NCBI GenBank assembly: GCA_963719975.1
Contig: CAVRED010000010.1
Span: forward strand, 9,423-73,422
DNA length: 64,000 nucleotides
Source: an uncultured Alphaproteobacteria bacterium
GTDB taxonomy: Bacteria > Pseudomonadota > Alphaproteobacteria > Caulobacterales > Caulobacteraceae
Reading direction: 5' to 3'
Numbering within the stretch: the first letter of the stretch is position 1; each line of letters begins with the position of its first letter. A program made the translations under genes and the position numbers. The notes under the pieces were generated by a model, which did not search any database, had not been told where the DNA came from, and saw only the letters and a program-made list of their open reading frames with translations. Shown here piece after piece: positions 21,477 through 32,503 of the stretch.

Positions 21477-22155
21477 TCAGTCCGGCTCGCTGAGGCGGTA
21501 GCCGGCGCCCCGCACGGTATGGATGAGCTCGCGCCCATGCCCGCGGTCGACCTTGGCCCTGAGACGGCTCATGTGCGTCTCGACGATGTTCGTCTTCGGG
21601 TCGAAGTGGAAGTCCCAGACGCTCTCGAGAAGCATCGTGCGGGTGACCACGCGGCCGCGATGCCGCATCAGGTACTCGAGCAGCTGGAACTCGCGCGGCT
21701 GCAGCTCGATGCGGGCGCCGCCGCGCGTCACGGTCCGCTTGAGGCGATCGAGCTTCAGGTCGGCCACCTCGAGCGTGGCCTGCACGTCCTGGGGCGGCGG
21801 GCGGCGGGCGAGGGCGTTGACCCGCGCCAAGCAGCTCGGCGATCGCGAACGGCTTGACCAGGTAGTCGTCGCCGCCGGCCTCGAGCCCTTCGACGCGGTC
21901 GTCGATGCCGCCGAGCGCGGTGAGCAGCAGCACCGGCGTCTTCACCCCGGACGCGCGGATGGTGCGCAGGATGGCCAGGCCGTCCATCTCGGGCAGCATG
22001 CGGTCGAGGATGATCACGTCATAGGGCTCGCCGGCGGCCAGGAGCAGTCCCTCCCGGCCGCCGGCGGCGTGATCGACGGTGTGGCCCGCCTCGGCCAGCG
22101 CCTTTTTCAGGTAGGCGCCGCCTTCCTTGTCGTCCTCGACGAGCAGGAGCTTCAT
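21477..22155 (-). CDS. OmpR-family response regulator (frameshifted)
   Basis: MKLLLVEDD...LDRMLP...DDYLVKPF then LQPREFQLLEYLM...IHTVRGAGY. Confidence 0.92.
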
Positions 22156-22216
22156 GGACCCAACTCTGCCTCAGCGATTGGCCGGCGGCGAGCCCGGCGC
22201 GTCAGAGGTTTCGCGC

Positions 22217-22555
22217 CTAGTCGGCGTTCGGGCCTTCGAGGCTGTGCTCGAGGACCGCGCCGGTCTTGGCGTCGACGCCGATCTCGTAGGTCACGCCCTT
22301 GGCGCTCTTGACGTCGAACGAGTAGCGCAGGCCGCTGCCGCCGTGCTCGCGCTCGAGCTCTTCGTCGGTGATGACGCCCGGCTGGGCCTTGAGCGCCGTA
22401 TCGCGCGCCTGGGCCAGGGGAACCTTGGCCTGCGGCGCGTACCTGTGGCCGGCAAACGCCGGAGAGTCCGCGCTCGTCGGCAGGGCCTTGGCCGACGCGA
22501 GCCCGGCCGTCCCGAGGGCCGCAAGGACGGCGAGCGGGTAGATGAAATGACGCAT
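22217..22555 (-). CDS. PepSY-domain protein
   Basis: Signal peptide; LAQARDTALKAQPGVITDEELERE...YEIGVDAKTGAVL. Confidence 0.88.
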   Translation of the reverse strand: MRHFIYPLAVLAALGTAGLASAKALPTSADSPAFAGHRYAPQAKVPLAQARDTALKAQPGVITDEELEREHGGSGLRYSFDVKSAKGVTYEIGVDAKTGAVLEHSLEGPNAD

Positions 22556-22664
22556 GGCGCTCTCCTTTGTTTCACCCCCGCAACATTCCTTCTCGCAGAG
22601 CTCCGGGTGGGCGCGACATGGAGCGGACCTTACGGTTTCCCAACCTCGGGGCGGCGCGCCGGCC

Positions 22665-22877
22665 TCAGGCCTCGCCGCGGCCGCGCTCGGCCTCGGCGAC
22701 GATGCGCCGGGCCTGGGCCAGGTCTTCCTCTTCGACCATCAGCCGGGCGGTGATCGCGGTCCCCCAGAGCGTGCCGGCGCCCTGGTCGAACACCGCGCTC
22801 TCGATGCCGGCGTCCTTCAGGACAGCGCGCAGGTAGGACATGCGCACCGGATTGGAGGTCTTGATCAGCTCGATCAT
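22665..22877 (-). CDS. DUF2007 putative signal-transducing protein
   Basis: MIELIKTSNPV...LKDAGIESAVFD...RLMVEEEDLAQARRI. Confidence 0.8.
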   Translation of the reverse strand: MIELIKTSNPVRMSYLRAVLKDAGIESAVFDQGAGTLWGTAITARLMVEEEDLAQARRIVAEAERGRGEA

Positions 22878-23002
22878 GGCGCAACCGAGCCTGGGCGATC
22901 GGCCATTCGATGGCAAGCCGCGCGGAGCTCGCTCGCAGATAGACCAGTTTACATTTCAAACTAGTTCATGTAGAGCAGCGTCCGACAGTCGAGGAGGACG
23001 TC

Positions 23003-24276
23003 ATGAGCGAAGCCGTCAGCCGGTTCGAAAGCCCCGCCGCCCAAACGATCGCGCAACCCGCCGCGCCGGCCGGGGCGACCGCCCTCGCGGCGGCCCGGCC
23101 CGACCGCAACATCGCGATGGGCTATTTGAAAGCCTTCATCACGCTCCTGGTCGTGGCCCACCACACCGCGCTGGCCTACGTGCCGGGGCTGCCGAAGTCC
23201 GGGCCGGTCTTCGACAAGCCGCCGATGCTCTGGACCGTCTTCCCGATCGAGGACAGCCGCACCTTCGCGCCGTTCGGCGCCCTGGTGAGCGTCAACGACA
23301 TCTTCTTCATGTCGCTGATGTTCTTCATCTCCGGCCTCTTCGTCTGGGACAGCCTGAAGCGGAAAGGCGCGGGCGGCGTTCGTGCGCGACCGCCTGCTGC
23401 GGCTCGGCCTGCCCTTCGCCGGCGGCCGCCACGGTGCTCGCGCCTCTGGCCTACTATCCCGCCTATCTCGCGACCGGCGCCAACCCCGCGATCGGCGCCT
23501 ACCTGCGGGCATGGACAAACCTAGGCGGCGCCTGGCCCGCCGGGCCGGCGTGGTTCATCTGGGTGTTGCTCGCCTACGGTCTGGCGGCGGCCGCGCTCTA
23601 TCGTGTCGCGCCGCGCTGGGGCGAGGCGTTGAGCCGCCTGGCCAAGGGCGCGGACCAGCGGCCGCTGCGGCTGTTCGCCCTCATCTTCGCCGTCTCCGGC
23701 GTCGCCTTCACCGGCCTGGCGCTCGCCTTCACGCCCGAGCAGTGGTTCGACTTCGGCCCCTTCGCCGTCCAGTCCGCGCGCATCCTGCACTATGCCGTCT
23801 ACTTCGCGGCTGGGATCGGCGTCGGCGCCGCCGGCCTCGGCGCCGGCCTTCTGGCGCCGGCGGGCAAGCTCGCCAGGCGCTGGTGGATCTGGGCGCTCCT
23901 CACGCTGCCCAGCGTCGCGCTGGCCGCCGGCGTCGCGATCGCCGGCTACGTGCTGAAGGCCTCGAGCGCGCCCGGCTGGCAGATCGCCAGCGACCTCACC
24001 TGGGCGCTCGCCTGCGCCACCCTCTCCTTCGCCTTCCTGGCGAGCTTCGTCCGCTTCGTGCGCAAGCCCTCGAAGGTCTGGGACAGCCTGTCGGCCAACG
24101 CCTACGGCATCTATCTGGTCCACTACGCCTTCGTGATCTGGCTGCAGTACGCTCTGTTGCCGGCGGGCCTGCCGGGGGTGGCGAAGGGGCTGTTCGTCTT
24201 CGTCGCCGCGGCCGGCCTGAGCTGGGCGACGACGGCGGCCTTGCGCCGGGCGCCCGGGTTGCGGAGGGTGCTGTGA
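23003..24276 (+). CDS. Acyltransferase-3 family membrane protein (OpgC/MdoC-like; frameshifted)
   Basis: YLKAFITLLVVAHH, FFMSLMFFISGLF, RDRLLRLGLP, WFIWVLL, AYGIYLVHY. Confidence 0.88.
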
Positions 24277-24320
24277 GCCCGGTCGCGACGGGGTCAGAAT
24301 CAATCGAGGATGAGGCTCCG

Positions 24321-24945
24321 ATGAGCGCCAAGACCCACTCCCCCGCCGAGGACCTCGCCTTCATGCGGACGCTGGTCGAAGGCAGCGACGCGCGCGCGAC
24401 CGCATCGTTCGGCGAGGTCTATTTCGCCGGCGGCCTCCTCTACGGGCTGCAGATCGTGCTGCAATCGATCCCGGGGTTCGGCCTTTGGACGCCCCCGCCC
24501 GCCGTCCAGCTGGCGCTGGGGATCGGCCCCACGGTTGTCTTCGTCGTCTTCCTGCTCTGGGCGATCCTGCGCAACAAGGCCAGGCCCGTCGGGGGCGTCG
24601 CCCAACGGGCGGTCGGCACGGTGTTCGCCGTGGTCGGGTGCGCCAACCTCGCCCTCGTCCTCATCATCGGCTCGGTGGCGCTCCGCCACAAAAGCCTGGA
24701 GATCTGGCTGATCTACCCTTGCGTGGTCTTCGTGCTTGCAGGGCGCGGCGTGGATCGTCACCGGCCTGGTCCGCCGGCAGCTTGCCCCTGCCCTCCTCGG
24801 CGCCGCCTGGATCGTCGCGGCGATCGCCATGGGCGTCTCGATCGCGTCGATCCCGCTCTACTCGCTGATCGCCGGCGCGGCCCTGATCGGCCTCATGGCC
24901 GTGCCGGGTTGGGCGATGATGCGCCTGGACCGCAAGACCGCCTGA
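24321..24945 (+). CDS. Multi-TM membrane protein (frameshifted)
   Basis: EDLAFMRTLVEG start, about 6 hydrophobic segments, directly upstream of an HTH regulator. Confidence 0.75.
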
Positions 24946-24951
24946 ACCCCA

Positions 24952-25263
24952 GTGGCCGGTCAAACCTCTTTCGCCATCGGCGGCATCGACGAGGTCATCC
25001 ACGGCCGCATCCGGCTGGGCATCATGGCCTACCTCGCCAACGCCGGCGTGGCCGACTTCAATGAGCTGAAGGGGGCGCTCGAGGCCACCCAGGGCAACTT
25101 GTCGGTGCACCTGCGCAAGCTGGAGGACGCGGGCTATGTGGCGATCGAGAAGAGCTTCATGGCGCGCAAGCCGTTGACGCAGGCGCGCCTGACCCCGGCA
25201 GGGCGCAAGGCCTTCGCCGCCTACCTCGAGGCCATGGGCCGGCTGTTGCGCGAGGCGAGTTGA
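24952..25263 (+). CDS. Winged-helix transcriptional regulator (HTH_34/MarR-like)
   Basis: IDEVIHGRIRLGIMAYL...TQGNLSVHLRKLEDAGYV...GRKAFAAY. Confidence 0.9.
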   Translation: MAGQTSFAIGGIDEVIHGRIRLGIMAYLANAGVADFNELKGALEATQGNLSVHLRKLEDAGYVAIEKSFMARKPLTQARLTPAGRKAFAAYLEAMGRLLREAS

Positions 25264-25998
25264 GCCAGGCAGCCGATCTCGCCCTGCTCAAGCTCGAGAT
25301 CGAGACCTGCCAGGTCATGGTCGCGTCGGACCGGTTCGTCCGCGTGAACAGCCCAGGCAACCACCATGGACCGCTCGTCGCGGTCGCGGGCTGCGCGGCG
25401 GGCAACACCGCGGCCGTGCACGCCGACCTGGACGATGTGCTGGCGCGCCGGGTCCTCGACTTCATCGCCGCCGCCCCGGCCTGGGCCGACGGCGCGCGCC
25501 TGCCGCCCTGGATCGACGCGCTCGCGGCCATGGTCGATGCCGATCCGGCCTACGCTGGCCGGCGGGCCGGCCTGGCGGCTGCCCAACGGCCTGGCGTTCG
25601 CGCACCAAGCCCGCATCGTCGCCGGCGAGAGCCAGGAGGGCGCGGCGATGGTGGCCCGCTTCGTGGCGGACGGCATGCCGCCCGCTCTGTTCGAGGCCGG
25701 CTATGTCGACGTGGGCGAGCTCTGGGCGCCCTGGTGCGCCGCGATGGTCGGAGACGACGTCGCCGCCCTCTGCTGCGCGGCGCGCCTGGGCGAGCGCGGG
25801 GCGGAAGCCGGCCTCTACACGTTTGCGCCCTACCGCGGCCAAGGCTTCGGCGCCGCCGTCACCGCCGCCTGGTCGAGGCTGCCGTCGCTGGCCGGCAAGA
25901 CGCTGTTCTACTCGACCCAGTGGACCAACCGCTCCTCGATCGCCGTCACCCAGCGCCTGGGCCTGCGCCGCATCGGCGCAAGCGTGGGCATCGGCTAG
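25260..25998 (+). CDS. GNAT-family acetyltransferase (frameshifted)
   Basis: EAGLYTFAPYRGQGFG acetyl-CoA motif, NRSSIAVTQRLG. Confidence 0.75.
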
Positions 25999-26421
25999 TC
26001 GGCGGTGGCTGGTGTTTTGGCGCGGGGGACGAGTTCCCATTCGCGACATTGCCCCTGACGGCCGACAAGCGGCTCATCTGAAGGTCCGCTGAAGCGGCTT
26101 TGCCGGGCCGCCGTCGATCACGGCCGGGGTGCAGGCCAATGCGGCGGTTGCCAATCTCGGGACGATGCGGTCGACACCGGTCTCGATCGCTACGCGTTAT
26201 TCCGATTTTGCCCGGCGAGGTCCTGCTGGGTCAAACCGCGATGCCTGCTCCACGGGCGAATGAAGGGTGACGTGCGTGCCTTCTCTGTAGCCGCAACGGT
26301 TGGCCCGGCTTACCTTCCACTGGTGCGCACGATGTGAGGTCGAGAGCAGACGACCCACTGTGTGCCGGAAAGCGGACGTTCATCGCGCGCTGATTGTCGG
26401 CTCATTGCGCCTTGGGCAAGG

Positions 26422-26562
26422 AGGTCGTGGTCACGATCTTCTCGCCGTCACTCAACTGCCGCCGTCCCAGCCAGCTCGAGCTATCCCGCCTCCGCTACGG
26501 GAAGCTTGTTCGTCGCCACGTTAGCCGTGCAGAAGCCGCGCGGCGAATGTCCTGGCGCGGAC
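26422..26562. repeat. Direct repeat copy A (about 140 bp; 5' region of a glycosyltransferase gene)
   Basis: AGGTCGTGGTC.CGATCTTCTCGCCGTCACTCAA.TGCC.CCGTCCCAGCCAGC...GCGCGGCGAATGTC, matching 32259-32394. Confidence 0.85.
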
Positions 26563-26571
26563 CAGCGCGCC

Positions 26572-27537
26572 TCATGCGTCCGTTGTAAGCGCGCTGACGA
26601 ACGCCTCGTAGGCCGGCGATGTCTGCATGATCGCCAACGCCACCAGCTGCGCGCTTTCTTCGAAACGGACGGAGGCGTCGGCCATCAGTGAGCTCAGCCC
26701 GCCGCGAACGAGGTCGCGGTAGTCACGGTACTCGCGCGCGCCGGCGAAGTGCTCGCCACGCGCCGCCTCGACTTCGGCCCGCTCGGCGAAGTCGCTCAGG
26801 AACTTAAAGTGCAGGAGCACGCCGGTGGTCCGGGCGAGCGGTGTCGGGGTCATATGGTGGGTGCTGGCGACATAGCGGCTGTCGGCGCCCCAGCGGACCA
26901 GCGGGACCTTGCTGATCTGCGGCGGGCGTCGCTCGCCGCTCAACCGCTCCCGGAACAGCCGCGCGCGCGGTCCACCGAAAGCCATGGCGTAGGGGCAGAT
27001 GTCGTGCCTGAACAGACGATACGGCCCGCGATCGAAGAAGGGGCAGGTCTTGAGCAGCGATCCGCTGGGGGCGAGCACCGTCTGGGCGAGCGGCCGGTCG
27101 GAGTACATGTCGAGCATGAGACAGAAGACAGCGCGCGCGCCATCTCCGTCGAGGAAGCGGCAGAAGCTGGGCAGATCCACCGTCTCATAGTGGGGGTAGA
27201 TGAGGAGTTCGTCGGCGTCGCTGGTCACCACCCAATGGCCCTCAGCGTGAGCGCTGAGCACGGCATTGATCCAATTGCCGCCACACCCGCTGCCGGCGTA
27301 GCTGTCGCTCGTGACGAACAGATGCACGTCCGGAGCGCTCTCCAGGAGTTCGCGGGAGCCATCGTCAGAGTCGTTGTCGATGACCAGGAACCGGTCGACG
27401 CCGAGGGCACGGTAGTGCGCGAGCGTCGATGGAAGGCGGACCGCCTCATTGCGCACCACAAGACAGGCGAAGACCGCGCCCGGTCGTTTGACGATCGGGC
27501 GCCCGTCGATCCTTCGCAAAGTCGCCTGCGACGTCAC
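26572..27537 (-). CDS. Glycosyltransferase family 2 (Glyco_tranf_2_4-like)
   Basis: VRNEAVRLP...HYRALGVDRFLVIDNDSDDGS...DADELLIYP...LLHFKF. Confidence 0.9.
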   Translation of the reverse strand: MTSQATLRRIDGRPIVKRPGAVFACLVVRNEAVRLPSTLAHYRALGVDRFLVIDNDSDDGSRELLESAPDVHLFVTSDSYAGSGCGGNWINAVLSAHAEGHWVVTSDADELLIYPHYETVDLPSFCRFLDGDGARAVFCLMLDMYSDRPLAQTVLAPSGSLLKTCPFFDRGPYRLFRHDICPYAMAFGGPRARLFRERLSGERRPPQISKVPLVRWGADSRYVASTHHMTPTPLARTTGVLLHFKFLSDFAERAEVEAARGEHFAGAREYRDYRDLVRGGLSSLMADASVRFEESAQLVALAIMQTSPAYEAFVSALTTDA

Positions 27538-27911
27538 CTGGCTGCAACGCGGGACGATAGAGTGAGGGTTGCGCCGCCTGTACCGCGAACAAACTGCTCA
27601 GCCGTATGCAAACCTCGCTCCGAGAGATGACACGAGCAGACATCGACTAGCGTGGGGCCCAGAGATTCTCACTCTTGCTCAGCCCTCAGCTTGAGACAAA
27701 CTACTGAGCCGGATGAGCAGGCGCAATCCGGCCCTCCTCAGCAGACCACTGGTGGCGCTTCGGGTCGTTAGGGGTCATTGGCGACCAGCCGAAAAGCGGA
27801 CTATCTGATGTCCGGTTGAGGGCAAGGCTGATCGAGGCCGATGCGGCGAACCACTCTACAACGCCTGGACGTCGCTCGCGGCTCTAGCGCTCAATCCGAG
27901 GGGCGCTGACC

Positions 27912-28766
27912 ATGGCGACGGCCTCGCCCGCGTCCGATGACTGGAGCAGGTCGGCGCTTGCACTGGGGCTCGCCCGCGCCCCCTGGACCCCATGCTCCGA
28001 GGACGGCGAGCTTCTTCTCGACGTCCTGAGCCCATATTTGATCGGCGGCGGAGCCGTTTCAATCGTGGCGCTCCTCGGCGTGACGCCCGCGCTTACTCAG
28101 CTGAGCTGGCCGCAGGGCGCGCACGTTCTGGCCGTCGACGCCAGCCCAACGATGGTGAGATCTCACTGGCGAGCTCATCCTTCCGTGCCGTCGGCCGTCA
28201 TCTGTGGCAGGTGGCAAGCCCTGCCTCTGGCTGACAATTGCGCGGCCGCCGTCACGGGCGATGGCAGCCTGAACGCGCTCCCATACGCGGCCTACAAGGA
28301 CCTGCTACGCGAGGTCGCCAGAGTGCTGAGCCCCGAGGGCGTGTTAGTTCTGCGCTGTTTTGTGCGCCCGGACACGCGCTGTAGTGTCAAAGACATTACT
28401 CAAGACGTCGCGAAGCGGGCATTCGCAAATAGTGCGCCCTTTCGCCTCCGCCTGTGCATGGCGCTCGCCGAACGGGATGGAACCCTCGTCCTTGGCACGT
28501 TGCTCGAACGCTTCAACGCCCTGTTTCCCGATCGAGCCAAGCTCGCGGAGACGGCGGGCTGGCCGACAGACGAGGTCGACCGGTTCGACATGGACCGGGA
28601 TAGCAAGATCGAACTCACATTTCCGTCCCTGTCCGAGTTGGCGGCGTACGCCAAGCCTTCGTTTGCCATCCGAGAAGTCAGGTATGGGTCATACAATTCG
28701 GCCGAGCTCTGCCCGACGATAACGTTCGTCCCGTCCAAGGATCGGCAACCGCGCTTACCGCGATAG
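27912..28766 (+). CDS. Class I SAM-dependent methyltransferase
   Basis: ALLGVTPAL, AVDASPTMV, LPLADN, VTGDGSL, VARVLSPEG. Confidence 0.8.
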   Translation: MATASPASDDWSRSALALGLARAPWTPCSEDGELLLDVLSPYLIGGGAVSIVALLGVTPALTQLSWPQGAHVLAVDASPTMVRSHWRAHPSVPSAVICGRWQALPLADNCAAAVTGDGSLNALPYAAYKDLLREVARVLSPEGVLVLRCFVRPDTRCSVKDITQDVAKRAFANSAPFRLRLCMALAERDGTLVLGTLLERFNALFPDRAKLAETAGWPTDEVDRFDMDRDSKIELTFPSLSELAAYAKPSFAIREVRYGSYNSAELCPTITFVPSKDRQPRLPR

Positions 28767-29645
28767 GTATTCCTCGACGCCGTCGGCGTATCGACTTGGC
28801 CAGTCGGACCCTTTCTTGCTCGGGGGCATGCCGACCGTCTTGTTCACATCCATCACGACGGGATGTCCATCATGGATGACAAAGTCGATTTTGCCGTAGT
28901 CCAGACCGAGGCGCTTGCGCAGAGCTCGGAGTTGGTCCGGCACCGGGCTGGGTTCGAGCCGGATGGTGGTGGCGGCCTTCACCAACGCTGTGCTCGATAC
29001 GCACAGATCGCAGCGCTCCACGTGTCCGAGGAACGTCCAGAATCGAATTCCGAACCCGTCCACCAAACGTTCGGGCAGGAACTGCTGAACGACCAACCCA
29101 TCGTTGAGCCAAGCCGGACTCGGCACCGCGGCAGCGCTATCGAACGTGGGGTAGTCGGAGAGACCGATGGCGTTCGGAAACGGCAGGGGCAGGTCCGCCA
29201 ACTCCGCGAGCTTGTTGGCGCGCAGCTCAGGGGCGCCGCGGCAGTTGAGATCAGTCTTGACGATGACGGCGCCGGACCAATCGGTATCTTGTCGTACGAG
29301 GCCGTCCGCGACCGTGCGCTTTGCAATGTTCGCAACTTGACCGTTGAGACAAATTGGAAAGGAAGCCGCGAATTCCAGGTACTCAGACGGCACATAAGTA
29401 AGATCAACGTGGAGCAGGGCGATGTCGGCTGCGATGGCCTGCTTCGGAACGCCCCTTGCGAGGGTCACTCTATGGCCACGTCTAACAAGTTCGACGATTA
29501 TCGGGCCCAACATATAAGGAGACGCCAGTCCATCCTCGGTCTTCGAGGTGTACATGGGTACGTCGTATTGGTGGGTGATAACAACGATGGCCGGCACGAC
29601 CACTCTACCCCCGTCAGGCGCAGTACAGCAGGCGCGAGCGGACAT
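28755..29645 (-). CDS. ATP-grasp-fold protein
   Basis: VIVKTDLNCRG, VVQQFLPE, LGLDYGKIDFVIHDGHPVVMDVNKT. Confidence 0.65.
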   Translation of the reverse strand: MSARACCTAPDGGRVVVPAIVVITHQYDVPMYTSKTEDGLASPYMLGPIIVELVRRGHRVTLARGVPKQAIAADIALLHVDLTYVPSEYLEFAASFPICLNGQVANIAKRTVADGLVRQDTDWSGAVIVKTDLNCRGAPELRANKLAELADLPLPFPNAIGLSDYPTFDSAAAVPSPAWLNDGLVVQQFLPERLVDGFGIRFWTFLGHVERCDLCVSSTALVKAATTIRLEPSPVPDQLRALRKRLGLDYGKIDFVIHDGHPVVMDVNKTVGMPPSKKGSDWPSRYADGVEEYLSR

Positions 29646-29746
29646 CTAGCATAGGCGAGCGCAAGGCAGAATTGGATAGGCTCGCGCCTTCAGGTCCGAC
29701 CTGATCAACCTTGCACGGCGGCTACGTGTATCGGCCGGCAGCGCCA

Positions 29747-29995
29747 CTAGCGCCGCGGCCCGTTTGGACACGGGTTCAAGCCTGGCCCGATCACCGGCAT
29801 CGGTCCGACGCATCCGTGCGGCCGAAGCTCGAGCGCGTCAGTCGAATAACTTCGCGTCACACTCGTGTCGCCGGTCGCCTGGACGGCATCGCTGGTGGGT
29901 TCAGCATCTCGCGGGACCTTGAAGACGCCCGATGAGGTGCAGCCCGCCAAGGAGGCGGCGGTACAAAGAGCGAAGATCGCGACCGCGTTGCGCAT
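29747..29995 (-). CDS. Small lipoprotein
   Basis: AAGGA RBS; MRNAVAIFALCTAASLAGC lipobox. Confidence 0.55.
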   Translation of the reverse strand: MRNAVAIFALCTAASLAGCTSSGVFKVPRDAEPTSDAVQATGDTSVTRSYSTDALELRPHGCVGPMPVIGPGLNPCPNGPRR

Positions 29996-30064
29996 TCCTT
30001 GGCGTCTCCTTCGGCCCCCCTCGCCACTGAGACCTCCCCGCGAACTCACCGCGGCAGCAGCCGA

Positions 30065-30352
30065 TCAGGAGTCAGCTGCTGGAGCGGCCGCACCATTGTT
30101 GGAGAGATGGTTTGACAGCTGCTGCAGGAAGTCCTCCGCCGGTTGCCCGGCTGCGCTGGCCATCTGCTGAACCTTATCGCTCCCCAAAGCGTCTCGAAGC
30201 TGGTCCGCGCTGACCGGAAGATTTTGACCGTCCCCAGTCCAAGAGGCGACATGATCGGCGAGCCCGTTCGCTGCAAGGTGCTCCAGTACTCCGCCCATTC
30301 CGCCGGCGTTGTCGCCGCCCGCCAAGCTGCTAAGTCCGTCCAACAGTCCCAT
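30065..30352 (-). CDS. YidB (DUF937) family protein
   Basis: GGMGGVLEHLAANGLADHVASWTGDGQNLPVSADQLRDALG. Confidence 0.85.
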   Translation of the reverse strand: MGLLDGLSSLAGGDNAGGMGGVLEHLAANGLADHVASWTGDGQNLPVSADQLRDALGSDKVQQMASAAGQPAEDFLQQLSNHLSNNGAAAPAADS

Positions 30353-30483
30353 CGCCTTTGCCTTCTGTGCTGAGCGGTCAGCTTAGTAACCGATTGTGAC
30401 GTTACCGTGCCCGCGGCGATGTCAGATTGGGGTCGAGAGCTCACCTTAGAGGGACGCCGCAAAGCGGACGCCGGCCGAGGCGA

Positions 30484-30892
30484 TTAGGGAGGCGGCGCCG
30501 GGCCGCCGCTGACGCAGCCGCCACCGACCGAGAGAACGACGCTCGTGGAACAGTCGATGGTCTTCGCGCTGCTGCTCGACTGCAGCAAGCGCCCGTCCGA
30601 TCCGAAAAGTGAAGCTCACCGTCGTAGTGGTCGACTTCGCCCCACCAACGAAGAGCCCGATGATGGGAACTAACGTCACCGCTTTGACGTGGGAGCGCAC
30701 CGACACGTAGATGATCGTGCGGGAACCATCGGACGAGGCCGTGTCGGTGGAGGGCGATCCAAACGAGGCGACAACGTCCTCATAGGTCGCTACGCCGGGT
30801 CTGAATGCTGAGGCCTGTTCCGCAGTGACGTCGGCCGCGAACGCACCCGTAGCCATCGACAGCGCCGCAGCGCACCAGAGCAGCAATCGCAT
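30484..30892 (-). CDS. Exported SmpA/BamE-like protein (frameshift near 30600)
   Basis: Signal peptide; FRPGVATYEDVVASFGSPS...SDGSRTIIY...VPIIGLFVGG. Confidence 0.6.
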
Positions 30893-31287
30893 CGCGTCAG
30901 TCTCCGAGGGAAAGCATCAAGCTATCTGCCGCGCTGAGTCGAGACGCGGCAGTCAGAAGTTAATGGAGTTGCAGCCAAGCCTTCGTACAGTCAGCCTATG
31001 CTCAGGCTGCGTCCGACAACAGTCGAAGGGACGCCATCTTCGGGGTCCCGCGGCGACCTGGTGCTCTTCGCGAGTATGCTTTGGGTGGTACTTGTTGCGG
31101 GACTTACGGTCGCCGCCGCGGTCATCCTGATTGTCGCGGTTGCGCGGTAGAAGGCGCTGCGGCCGCAGTGGAACCATCGTCTGCTTGGATCGATAGCAGA
31201 CACCGACGACCGACCGACATCCCACGCGAAAGCTGCTGGCGCCGCGCCCGGCCGCAAGGTGCGCGAAGAAGGCGCGTTTCGCCGGGG

Positions 31288-32292
31288 CTATTGCGTGACG
31301 ATCTCCAGGCGTGCGTCCCACCGGCCGTCCGAGCGGGCGTCGATCCGCCAGACCTGGCGCAGCTTGTCGTGAAACTGGGGCAGCCAGAGATTGCCGTCGG
31401 CGAGCGGCATGAGGTCACGGCCGGCGAGCTCCGACAGCCAGGCAATCAACCGAGCGCGATGCGGCCGCGCTTTCGCCAAGACCGCACCGCGGACTTCGAA
31501 GGGGTCGGGGGCGGTCTTCTGGTAGGCGGCGACCGCCGCCTCCACAGCCGAGGCACTGGGCTCGACCACCGTGACGTGCCTGGGGTCGTACATCTCTTCG
31601 CGCCCGCCTTGGGAAGGGGTGGTGACCAGGGGGACTCCACAGAGGAAATACTCCACGGTCGCATTGTTGGCGCCCTCCGCCGCCGAGAGGACCAGGCCAC
31701 AGCGCGACTGGCTGACCACCCGTCGAACGCCGGCCGCATCCAGGAACTTGAGCCCGCCCTCGTTGGTATAGTTGACGTAGCGCAGTCCTCGGTACGCTCG
31801 AGCCACCTCCGCGACGGAGTCGGTGCTCCCAAAGATCGTGTAGGTGATCAGCGCTAGATTGTTCACCCCGTGCGCGAGCTCATGGCGCTTGAACGCGTCC
31901 GTCCGTGCAGTGTGAACAGCGTCATAGACCTTCGGCTGCTCCAATTCGGGGAAGTAGAGCCGCTCATCGACGAACGCTGTTATCGTGGCCCAGATCGCCC
32001 CGACGCCCAGCGCTCGCACCAACGCGGCGTCGTCGTCCGATGCAGCCAAGGACCAGAGCCTAGCGTTCGGATGGTCGTTGCGGAGCCGTGCGTTGAGTTC
32101 GGCGATCTCCGGGAGGAGGAGGTCCATCCGGTTGGAAGGGCGCGTGACGATGTGGCACTCGCGCCCTTGAGCGATTTGCAGGGCCATTCTGACGCCCCAG
32201 AGCGCGCCCCATCCGGCCGAAATCACGAAGACGAGCGGCTGGCGCCACAGGACAAGAAAGGTCGTGGTCCCGATCTTCTCGCCGTCACTCAA
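31288..32292 (-). CDS. GT-B glycosyltransferase-like protein
   Basis: FKRHELA, CGLVLSAAEGANNATVEYFLCGVPLVTTPSQGGR (ExF/E-x7-E like). Confidence 0.75.
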   Translation of the reverse strand: MSDGEKIGTTTFLVLWRQPLVFVISAGWGALWGVRMALQIAQGRECHIVTRPSNRMDLLLPEIAELNARLRNDHPNARLWSLAASDDDAALVRALGVGAIWATITAFVDERLYFPELEQPKVYDAVHTARTDAFKRHELAHGVNNLALITYTIFGSTDSVAEVARAYRGLRYVNYTNEGGLKFLDAAGVRRVVSQSRCGLVLSAAEGANNATVEYFLCGVPLVTTPSQGGREEMYDPRHVTVVEPSASAVEAAVAAYQKTAPDPFEVRGAVLAKARPHRARLIAWLSELAGRDLMPLADGNLWLPQFHDKLRQVWRIDARSDGRWDARLEIVTQ

Positions 32293-32394
32293 TTGCCACC
32301 GTCCCAGCCAGCACGCCCGCCCCAGTGACGGGGGCGCCTGTTCGCCATCACCTTAGCCTTGCACAAGCTGCGCGGCGAATGTCGGTGTGTGGAC
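32259..32394. repeat. Direct repeat copy B
   Basis: Matches 26422-26562; covers the start and upstream region of 31288..32292. Confidence 0.85.
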
Positions 32395-32503
32395 GCCCCT
32401 CCGCTGCGTGTTCACCGAGGTCGCCTAGGAACGACCGGACGTTGCGTTGGCCGTCAGGACCCCCGGCGGGGCCGCGTCTCCTTTGGCCGTCCACTCTGAA
32501 CGG

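Noticed and set aside
9016-25998. Many frameshifts in S8, RND, TolC, response regulator and acyltransferase genes as programmed frameshifting or mass pseudogenisation
   Set aside because: Single-base indels are scattered through otherwise well-conserved genes in GC runs and no slippery-site pattern was seen, which is typical of uncorrected long-read consensus error
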